From: Guillardia theta CCMP2712
Lineage: Eukaryota > Protista > Cryptophyta
Direction: 5' to 3'
DNA: 60,973 bases
NCBI RefSeq assembly: GCF_000315625.1
Contig: NW_005434485.1
Location: forward strand, 1 to 60,973
The translations under genes and the position numbers were made by a program. Within the stretch, counting starts at the first letter, position 1, and each line of letters starts with the position of its first letter. Positions 9,747 through 19,706 of this stretch are shown one piece after another. The notes beneath the pieces are model-generated. The model did no database searches. It was not told the origin of the DNA and saw only the letters and a list, made by a program, of their open reading frames with translations.

Positions 9747-9973
9747 TGTTAGGGGTTACGTAAGCGGTTACGAATACTTCAGTCAACTAGCTGTCTTATC
9801 CGGTCGGTTTGGTTGGTTTGGTAGGTTTTGGTCGAATAAAATGGATCCGAACTTTCTATACGTTCAGTGAGCGCGATTGTGATGAGGTTCCTGTTTGCTT
9901 GTTAACGCAAGTTATCAAGTTGGTTCAAGTTCACAGAGTCAAAGCACATCATCAGGATTGTCAATTCTTAACA
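9747..9973 (+). repeat. Complete 3' LTR (227 bp)
   Basis: TG...CA ends with 5-bp inverted repeat; preceded by short purine-rich GGGAGCGTA. Confidence 0.88.
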
Positions 9974-10946
9974 CCCGCTCTCCGCTTGCTTCCTCCATGC
10001 CCGCGTCTTGGTCAAGTGGCTGAAGCCAGCTGTGACTCTCGCCCAAGCCCATGACATCGCCCCACGCCGCCTCGTCCGCCCAGTACTCAGCTCCCTCCAG
10101 CAGACAACCCAGCGTCTCTTCCTCCTCCACCTGCCGTGGCTGTTTCGACATCCATCGCGAGCTCGCTCTACCCGACCTCTGGACTCCTCCCCTCGGTGGC
10201 TCGGAGCAGGTCTGCGCTGCTCTGGCACATCGAGAGCATGGCCGGCTGTCGTCGCACCCCACCTTGGACAGGCGGCATCGCAAGCAAGCTCGCCCCACCT
10301 GCTTCCTCCTTGGTCGCCACAGCGACGCGTCCTCCGGAGGCCCCTCGGCTCCGTATCCCGGCAGGGGCGCGGGGCTCCCCTCCCAACGGGCCATGACAGA
10401 TATGGCGGTGATGCCTCCCAGACAGTCTCTGCAGGCGTGCAGGAGGTTTCTGACCCCGCAATGGGAGCACGGCCTGCCCTTGCTGCACCTGATCTTGCGC
10501 CGCCGGCAGCCCTCGCACGACCGTTGCTTCTCCCCGCAGACCATGGCAGAAGACCCTCGTCGCAGATCCTCTACACTCTTGGAGCCGTAGGCAAGGCACG
10601 TGCTGCCGCAGCCTTGACGCTGGCAGCGCGTGCAAGGGCGGGTGTCGTCGCACTTGAGCTTGCCGATCTTGCATCGGAGGTCATCCCTGATGGTCCAGGA
10701 GCTGGTTTCTCTCCATCCCCACGCGGAGGCTGACTGTCATGGCAAGGGCATAAGGCCCTGACTCTAGCTCTAGTGGTGTCGGGCAGATGCAGTCACTCGC
10801 CTTCAATGAGATTGTAAATGAGAGGGTTTATCATGTACCCTTCCGACTTCCTAGTCTAGTCTCACCACCCTACAAACTACCGTAGACGATGACAGCGCCG
10901 GGACCCATGCCCGGCTACCCGAGCTCAGCGTCCAGCCCAGCGAGCA

Positions 10947-11705
10947 TCAAGCTCCCTCCTCTGACAGTAGCAGCATCGAGTAAACGTCGTCCAGCTCCCC
11001 GTCCTCCTGTGACTTGAGATGGGCCCGCTCTCCGCTTGCTTCCTCCATGCCCGCGTCTTGGTCAAGTGGCTGAAGCCAGCTGTGACTCTCGCCCAAGCCC
11101 ATGACATCGCCCCACGCCGCCTCGTCCGCCCAGTACTCAGCTCCCTCCAGCAGACAACCCAGCGTCTCTTCCTCCTCCACCTGCCGTGGCTGTTTCGACA
11201 TCCATCGCGAGCTCGCTCTGCCCGACCTCTGGACTCCTCCCCTCGGTGGCTCGGAGCAGGTCTGCGCTGCTCTGGCACATCGAGAGCATGGCCGGCTGTC
11301 GTCGCACCCCACCTTGGACAGGCGGCATCGCAAGCAAGCTCGCTTGGCGGTGATGCCTCCCAGACAGTCTCTGCAGGCGTGCAGGAGGTTTCTGACCCCG
11401 CAATGGGAGCACGGCCTGCCCTTGCTGCACCTGATCTTGCGCCGCCGGCAGCCCTCGCACGACCGTTGCTTCTCCCCGCAGACCATGGCAGAAGACCCTC
11501 GTCGCAGATCCTCTACACTCTTGGAGCCGTAGGCAAGGCACGTGCTGCCGCAGCCTTGACGCTGGCAGCGCGTGCCAGGGCGGGTGTCGTCGCACTTGAG
11601 CTTGCCGATCTTGCATCGGAGACATGCGGCCAGGGCGCGAGGCGGGGCAGGTCTGCTGACAGGAGGCCAAGCGGGGAGGGAGGAGGTCAGGGGCAAGAAG
11701 GGCAT
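10947..11705 (-). CDS. Zn2Cys6 copy 6 (252 aa): in-frame loss of the cluster 2-3 linker and Cys-to-Gly change in cluster 1
   Basis: DDTRPGTRC; GGITAKRACLRC junction; additional upstream deletion at ~11897. Confidence 0.65.
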   Translation of the reverse strand: MPFLPLTSSLPAWPPVSRPAPPRALAACLRCKIGKLKCDDTRPGTRCQRQGCGSTCLAYGSKSVEDLRRGSSAMVCGEKQRSCEGCRRRKIRCSKGRPCSHCGVRNLLHACRDCLGGITAKRACLRCRLSKVGCDDSRPCSRCARAAQTCSEPPRGGVQRSGRASSRWMSKQPRQVEEEETLGCLLEGAEYWADEAAWGDVMGLGESHSWLQPLDQDAGMEEASGERAHLKSQEDGELDDVYSMLLLSEEGA

Positions 11706-12524
11706 CTGCGGGAAGCCTCCTTGAGAGGAGGACATGCCAGTGGAGGGATGAATATGCGCTTGGGGTTGCAGTGATGAGCGTAGAGATGGTGTTCCGTTTA
11801 CTGGCAAACCGCATCTGTTCGGAGGCGGTAGCACAAGATATCCGGTATTGCTCGGATTGAGCCGATGCTGACACGGTCCAATCGGAGTTACGGAGCTTGT
11901 AACTAGCAAGAAAAATGCAGCGAGGCATCGAGGTGATCCCGGCTGCATTCGCAGAGCAGCTGCAGGACCTCGAGTACGAGGATGACTAGCACGCACTCGT
12001 GCGACACCTATCATTGTATGCACCACGCAGGGGCCGTCGACGACGTTTCTGACGATGCTGCACAGCAGGCTCCTGTGTTGAACAACCAGCTGTGCATTTC
12101 TTGAGCTCGAAGCACAGTTCGATGATAGGCTGCAAGCTTTCGCCACCACGCTGAAGAATACGTCCCGTACAGGAGTGTACGCTCTGTACTTGTCGTTACT
12201 TTCATGCGTCTGCGTTGGACAGCGCCAGGCTCCATCGTCGCACAATCCGACATTGTCATGCTTTTCTCGGAGTGCCGTACAGTCGAGTCTTCTGTCAGCC
12301 CTGGTACTTTTGCAAGCCATGTGAGGGTGGCGGTTTACCGCCGAGCGTGCGGGGCTCTGCTTAACCGATCATCATCGAAGATGGTCCAGGAGCTGGTTTC
12401 CCTCCATCCCCACGCGGAGGCTGACTGTCATGGCAAGGGCATAAGGCGTCTGACTTACCGTAGACGATGACAGCGCCGGGACCCATGCCAGGCTACCCGA
12501 GCTCAGCGTCCAGCCCAGCGAGCA

Positions 12525-13282
12525 TCAAGCTCCCTCCTCTGACAGTAGCAGCATCGAGTAAACGTCGTCCAGCTCCCCGTCCTCCTGTGACTTGAGATGG
12601 GCCCGCTCTCCGCTTGCTTCCTCCATGCCCGCGTCTTGGTCAAGTGGCTGAAGCCAGCTGTGACTCTCGCCCAAGCCCATGACATCGCCCCACGCCGCCT
12701 CGTCCGCCCAGTACTCAGCTCCCTCCAGCAGACAACCCAGCGTCTCTTCCTCCTCCACCTGCCGTGGCTGTTTCGACATCCATCGCGAGCTCGCTCTACC
12801 CGACCTCTGGACTCCTCCCCTCGGTGGCTCGGAGCAGGTCTGCGCTGCTCTGGCACATCGAGAGCATGGCCGGCTGTCGTCGCACCCCACCTTGGACAGG
12901 CGGCATCGCAAGCAAGCTCGCCCCACCTGCTGCCTCCCAGACAGTCTCTGCAGGCGTGCAGGAGGTTTCTGACCCCGCAATGGGAGCACGGCCTGCCCTT
13001 GCTGCACCTGATCTTGCGCCGCCGGCAGCCCTCGCACGACCGTTGCTTCTCCCCGCAGACCATGGCAGAAGACCCTCGTCGCAGATCCTCTACACTCTTG
13101 GAGCCGTAGGCAAGGCACGTGCTGCCGCAGCCTTGACGCTGGCAGCGCGTGCAAGGGCGGGTGTCGTCGCACTTGAGCTTGCCGATCTTGCATCGGAGAC
13201 ATGCGGCCAGGGCGCGAGGCGGGGCAGGTCTGCTGACAGGAGGCCAAGCGGGGAGGGAGGAGGTCAGGGGCAAGAAGGGCAT
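12525..13282 (-). pseudogene. Zn2Cys6 copy 7: frameshifting ~109-nt deletion
   Basis: CACCTGC joined to TGCCTCCCAG at ~12930; 758-nt span is not a multiple of 3. Confidence 0.8.
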
Positions 13283-14129
13283 CTGCGGGAAGCCTCCTTG
13301 AGAGGAGGACATGCCAGTGGAGGGATGAATATGCGCTTGGGGTTGCAGTGATGAGCGTAGAGATGGTGTTCCGTTTACTGGCAAACCGCATCTGTTCGGA
13401 GGCGGTAGCACAAGATATCCGGTATTGCTCGGATTGAGCCGATGCTGACACGGTCCAATCGGAGTTACGGAGCAACAAACCTGACTGGCAGGTCTGGTAC
13501 CTCTGCAAGCCCTTTCTGCCAGCAACCCCCTCCCCCTTCCTAGCGTGTGACCCACCACCCTCCACCCCCTTCCTCGGATGGAGCCGATGCTGACGGTTGA
13601 TAAATCCGTTGAACGTTCTTGTCTCCTCGATACTCAAGGGGCAACACTTATAAATGTCAATGATATAAAAATAGAATCTTCATGACTTTTTTTGTAACTA
13701 GCAAGAAAAATGCAGCGAGGCATCGAGGTGATCCCGGCTGCATTCGCAGAGCAGCTGCAGGACCTCGAGTACGAGGATGACTAGCACGCACTCGTGCGAC
13801 ACCTATCATTGTATGCACCACGCAGGGGCCGTCGACGACGTTTCTGACGATGCTGCACAGCAGGCTCCTGTGTTGAACAACCAGCTGTGCATTTCTTGAG
13901 CTCGAAGCACAGTTCGATGATAGGCTGCAAGCTTTCGCCACCACGCTGAAGAATACGTCCCGTACAGGAGTGTACGCTCTGTACTTGTCGTTACTTTCAT
14001 GCGTCTGCGTTGGACAGCGCCAGGCTCCATCGTCGCACAATCCGACATTGTCATGCTTTTCTCGGAGTGCCGTACAGTCGAGTCTTCTGTCAGCCCTGGT
14101 ACTTTTGCAAGCCATGTGAGGGTGGTGGT

Positions 14130-14465
14130 CACAGCAGGCTCCTGTATTGAACAACCAGCTGTGCATTTCTTGAGTTCGAAGCACAGTTCGATGATAGGCT
14201 GCAAGCTTTCGCCACCACGCTGGAGAATACGTCCCGTACAGGAGTGTACGCTCTGTACTTGTCGTTACTTTCATGCGTCTGCGTTGGACAGCGCCAGGCT
14301 CACCAGGCGGACGCTCCCCGTCCTCCTGTGACTTGAGATGGGCCCGCTCTCCGCTTGCTTCCTCCATGCCCGCGTCTTGGTCAAGTGGCTGAAGCCAGCT
14401 GTGACTCTCGCCCAAGCCCATGACATCGTCCCACGCCGCCTCGTCCGCCCAGTACTCAGCTCCCT
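14130..14465 (-). repeat. Rearranged fragments of the array unit joined by short fillers
   Basis: 14130-14301 is an upstream-region fragment; 14312-14465 is a 3' coding fragment. Confidence 0.85.
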
Positions 14466-15040
14466 GTCTCGGCCTTCTGCTTCTTGGCTTCCTCCATCTG
14501 CTGCATAAACCATTCAGGTCTGCCAGCAAGGTGCTTTCCACATGATAGCCTTATTATGAGTCCTGATTTGTCTTCTTGCCTTCGGTGGCGGTGTATGTCT
14601 CGAAATTCTGCTTTTTGGCTTCCTCCATCTGTTGCATCGTGAAACCATGCTCTACACTCCGAGTCTCTTCAAACGCCGCGGCTTCTGAGCGATAGCGTCG
14701 GGTTCCGGGCATCCCCCCTCAGCTCTGCCAAGCATGAGCTGTCCTACTTGACACTACTATTATGAAAACGCTTCATGAAGCTCTCTTGGCCTAACTGTAG
14801 CTCACCATACTTAGAAAGCTGGCCAGTCAGTGTTTGAACTATACCAAGCAGCGTCGAGAAGGGGCCTGGTGCGTCGGGGTCGGAAGGATTTAGGGTAGGC
14901 GAAAGCTGTTTGAACTATACAAAACGTTTGCTTGCAGCTTCCTTCGCGCCCTCCGGGCGGCTTCCCCTATCGTAGTACACTGGGCCTGGCGCGCAACCAT
15001 GGTGCCTGAAATACCCGGCGCTCCTAAACCCTACAAACTA
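14465..15040 (-). mobile_element. Degenerate, scrambled relic of the 5' part of the telomere-associated element
   Basis: 14465-14510 and 14588-14638 resemble 1945-2000; 14909-14970 resembles 2299-2357; 14997-15033 resembles 2371-2413 and ends in CCTAAACCCTA. Confidence 0.8.
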
Positions 15041-15656
15041 GTTGAGTTTATTAGAATGCTCACCTTGCCCTATCTTTTAGGCTAAGAGGGATCTCGTGCT
15101 ATACCCTAAAGCCTAGTATTAGTAGTAGCAGTTTAGTTCATTGCTAGGTAGGATTTCGGCTCAATGGGTGAACTGGTCGAGACAAGACGGATCCAGAGGA
15201 ACAGAATCAAATGGCAAAGCAACAACGCTTCTTCTTGCTGTTTGCAGCCGCTGAGAATTTTTCTCTACCCCCAAAAGTGCATCAGAGAACCTGCTCGCAA
15301 GCAGTTTTGTTGACATGAGCATTCGTAACAGGATGACAAGCCTGGCACTTAAAACAATTACATTCATGGTGAGAAGCCTCACCACTGCACATGGGTGAAA
15401 GGGGCACGGCGCGGGCAGGGGAATGACAGTGAGGAGACTCAGCTCGATCCAGACTGCGAAGGCAAGGCTACACGGCAAGTGACTAATCTCATGACGTCGT
15501 TGAGCTGATAGTGGGACAAGATTGGACCTCAATGCATCTCAAGCTGATTGTTCGGACAAGTCGGACTTCAGCATTTTATTCATGATCCTACAAGCCCAGC
15601 TGCGAGTAAACTTCTTTCGGAAACTCAAACGAGTCGGAGGCTTCGCTGTCTCAACT

Positions 15657-17983
15657 TCAAACCACGGACTTGGCTACCACAACTTTCATCACGCTGCAAG
15701 ATAACGTGTAAGACATCAGTCAAAGAATCGTAAAGCATGACATAATCTACAAATATTGCTCAACATCCTCGAGCCGTCACTGCTGCTTGGAATACACACC
15801 TTGTGGACCCTGGGGAGCTGTGATTGTCGCCATGCGAGCAAACGCAGATATCACCCTGGAAGAAGCAGTCAAGCTGAAGAGGAGGAAAGCAGTTAGTCAC
15901 CTCGGATATCACTCCTTCCTTGATGAGCTTCGAGCAATTATGCGCCAGAATCTGCTCCGAGCCTATCATGGAGCCAACCACACGGGGATACACGCCTCGA
16001 GACAAGCAGAGCTGTCTGGCAGTCTGCTGCTGTATCAGAAAAATTCTCGCAACCTCTGCGACTTCACCTGCTCCGAGGGAGTGATGGTAAAGCACGGCAT
16101 TGAGGGCTTGTACTTGGCGACCGCACGGGCTGTGGCTCCGGTGTGAGAGAGAGCCATGAGAATGGCCGCCTGCGAGCATGTCAGATCAGAGAAAGCAGGA
16201 GACACGCTGGCAACATCGATGTCCAGGGCTGTCTTGACAACCGAGGAAGCCACGGATTCCTGCGCACCCATAAGATTGAGAACCAACGAGGTAGAGAAAG
16301 AGGCAAGGGAACACAAACGGAGAAGTGCCTAGTAACCTGCACAGCATTGGGACGGTCCTTGAATTGCGGATGCTCCAAGGTGCAAGTTCGCATTCTCAGG
16401 TACTCCTGCTTGAAAGTCAGTATTGCTTGCATGCCTCATACAGCTGAAATTTCCTGAACATAGTCCAGGGAAGATTCAGCAGTGCGGCAGATCTCCGCCA
16501 TCATCTTCACACATTCCACAGGCCACTATTCCAAACAGCGTCAGATGCCAAACGTCTCTCAATCCTCTCTATTCCTCACCTTCCCCTTTGCCGTCTCCCC
16601 TGAGAGCATGACACAATCTGTTCCCTGCTCCATCATTAGGCAATGACAGCGCCAAAATTGTAGAACAAATTCCTCTTCACCATACCTGAACAACGGCGTT
16701 GGCAACGTCGGTGACCTGATTGCAAAAGATGAGATATGAGGTAATCAGGCACAAGACAGCAATACCTCGGCTCTTGTAGGGCGAGGATTGACAATCATAC
16801 TCTCAAGCATCTGAACGTACAAGAGTTTAAGCAACGCGTATAGATTGAACAAGATAGTGAGTGGATCCAACCTGAGTTGCCGTGATGACTGGCTTTCCCG
16901 CGTGATTGCACTTGTCAATGATCATCTTCTGAGCAAGATACACCTGCAGATAAATAGAGCTAGTCACTACTCTAACCAAGCAATCTGTGAAGCCTCGAGG
17001 ATACAAAACAACATGTAAAGAATCTTCCTCAGCACAGTTTTGCATCACATATGTCAGACAAACTGTGAAAATAAGATTCGGCATCAAGGGAAGTAGGTAA
17101 ACCAGTGATTTAGTGATGATCGCATATCACCTTCTGGATTGGGATCTCAATACCAAGATCACCACGAGCAACCATGATTCCATCAGAGACGGCAAGAATC
17201 TCTGTTTGAATATGTTGAGTATACAAGGAGAGATAGCAGATGGCTTCTTCTCCTACCGTCGAAGTTGTCCAGACCCTCCTGGGACTCGATCTTAGAGAAG
17301 ATCATAATGTTGCGTCCAGGCAGCCCGAGGACTTTGCGGATGTCACGAACATCATCAGCCTTGCGCACAAAGGAAGCAGCAATGAGGTCAACGCCCTGCT
17401 GTACTCCGAAGATAAGGTCAGACTTGTCCTTCTCCGTGATCGCGGGGAGATCCACAGGAGTGTTGGGAAGGTTAATGCCCTTGGTCTCTCCGAGAGCCAC
17501 CGAGTTGTTCACCTTGCAGACCACATTGGTCCCCTCGATCCTGAGGACGGTGAGAGAGAGCAGCCCGTCGTCGATGCAGATTTCCTTCCCAACGTCCAAC
17601 ACATTGTGAAGGTTCGCATAATCGTGAGCGACCCACGAGGAGTTTCCCTTGTTCTGCACGCCCTGAGGGTCGTCGGGGAAGTACTTGAGGGTGAACTCGG
17701 TCCCCTGCTCCACCTTTGCCTCTCCTCCTTCCAACTTTCCGGAGCGAATCTCGGGTCCCTTTGTGTCCAGCATGATAGCACAGATTCCCTTGACTTCCGA
17801 CATGGCAGAGCGCACATTAGCAATGGTTTGAGCATGGTACTCATGCGATCCATGAGAAAAGTTCATGCGCGCACATCGCATGCCAGCACCGTAGAGTTTC
17901 TTGAGCATGTCGACAGACTGAGTCTGCGGGCCGATAGTGCACACGATCTTTGTGCGAACCCATTCCTTGCTGACCAAAGGCAT
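15657..17983 (-). CDS. PYK: Pyruvate kinase (multi-exon)
   Basis: RTKIVCTIGP, ARMNFSHG, MLDTKGPEIR, SKIESQEG, DGIMVARGDLGIE, GKPVITATQ/MLESM, PRPTRAE/VTDVANA, MLSGETAKG in successive exons. Confidence 0.97.
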
Positions 17984-19706
17984 CCTGTTATGTCAAGGGT
18001 CAACATCGCTGAAAATAAAAAACAAAACAACGTCTTTCATGTGGCATTACAACAAAACACTATACATCTCACGAGCATAGGCTGATACTACCCTCTACTT
18101 CTCTGCATTTACTGTGGGAATGTAATTCGCATTGAAGCATCTCGTGTTCCGTGGTGTATTCACACCAACTTTCGAGTGAGAAACATTGACAGTCCTGGGC
18201 ATCTGCTTCTATTTATGACTCTCTCACCACATTCGAAACCTTCATCTGCAATATGTCTAGTCGGAGACATCGAGCTGTTCGTACGAAGCTTCCCTCCTAT
18301 GTTGAAATCGACAGATAGAAAGCAGATTCCCTCAGCTGACACAGAATCGTCACTCTGAATCTCACGCTCCTGCAATGGCGATACCCTCTCACACATGCAT
18401 GTTTCTGCCCCCTCTCTCCTCCTTCTGTCTCTAGCACGCTCTTCGCTCTCGCTTGCTCCGCTTCCCGTCTTCCCGCCAAGCCTCGGCAGGGGGCCGGCAT
18501 GCACGGGAGGAAGGTGAAGGGGGTGGGGTAGCCACATAGAGTTCAGAGGGTACTGATGGCAAGGGCAAAAGGGGCGATACAACATGGGTGGGGTAGTAAA
18601 CTGGAACGGGGCCGAGTCAGGGTAGAGGGGTGGGAAACAGAGTAGCTTAAAGCAAGGGCAGCGAGTTTCTTCAATATAATACTATAGACTCAATTAGGGA
18701 ATCAAAAGTGCTGCCCCCACCCTATGCCCCCAGAGAGTGCGGGCAGATACGAGATGGTAGGATCGGAGGAGAGGGACCCCTCCTTAATAATGGGGAATCG
18801 GGGGTATGTCACCGATAGGCACACGAGATGAAGGGGTGGTTTACTATTGTTGAATCTGGGGGTAGTTTGCAACATGCGGCTTGCACGTTTCGAAATGCTC
18901 TGACCAAATGTAACCTTAAATTCAAAAATTTAGGTCAGAAATGGAAACAAATCATGTTTGAGACTGAACAATCTAGTCCACCTCGGAACAGATCAGGCAT
19001 ACATAAAAGTACTTTTTGTGGTTCTACACCTCTGTTGTACTACCCCCACCATATATAAGATTCCTCAATCTCACCGGTGCACATAAAGTCTTTGACCACC
19101 CACCCACCCCACCCTACCCCCTAGTCCTCTAGTTTCTCCGAGTTGCGTCTCCTGGAAGGAGCGGCCGGGTTGGTGACCACAAGCAAGTCAGGGAGAAAGA
19201 GGGGGTGATCTGATGGAGACAGGGGGGTCCAACTGACACATATAAACCTGCTAATAAAAGCACTTGTAGAGCCGTACCATGAAGTATAATGTTTTATGTG
19301 ATCCCCGATTGCGAGTTCTCAAGGATACAATTTGGTTTTTTAAAAATCTCGTTTTGGTTGAATTAAGTTGAACCATCTGGTACTAATATATTACTCATTT
19401 AAAATAAGCTGGATTTCCACTATGGAAACTGTGCTTGCTATATTTCATTTTAACTTTAAAACTCCCGAAAAAAAAAGGCTGGAAGGCAGCAAGAACAATT
19501 TAAAGAAAAACAAAACAAAACCACCTTCATCTTGGCAAGCTCGCCTCATTACATCTCTCCGAAAGCGATTGGGCGCAATGGCTGAGAGGGAGGAGATGGA
19601 AGAAGATGAAGGGAATGAAATCAAACTTTGACAGAAATAGACCAGCTTCGATCAGTAGTCCTCATGTCAAGCCGTTGACAACTCTTTGATACGCTTTCGC
19701 GTCAAG

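Larger units (their letters stand above)
8367..9973 (+). mobile_element. Non-autonomous gag-only LTR retroelement with 5-bp TSD CCCGC
   Basis: Termini TGTTA...TAACA; TSD CCCGC at 8362-8366 and 9974-9978 (single CCCGC in empty sister copies); 3' LTR 9747-9973; 5' LTR remnant 8367-8410 identical to 9747-9790. Confidence 0.92.
8285..10679 (-). pseudogene. Zn2Cys6 copy 5: 5'-truncated and split by an LTR-element insertion
   Basis: Unit sequence at 8285-8366 resumes at 9974-10679. Confidence 0.85.
2594..14465 (-). repeat. Head-to-tail tandem array of Zn2Cys6 gene units (7 copies plus fragments; higher-order dimer period ~2850 bp)
   Basis: Near-identical sequence recurs, e.g. 3276/6126/10680 and 4771/7622; all copies co-oriented. 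Confidence 0.97.

Noticed and set aside
2604-13351. Many plus-strand and alternative-frame ORFs in the array
   Set aside because: Shadows of the GC-rich Zn2Cys6 CDS; upstream extensions change frame between copies
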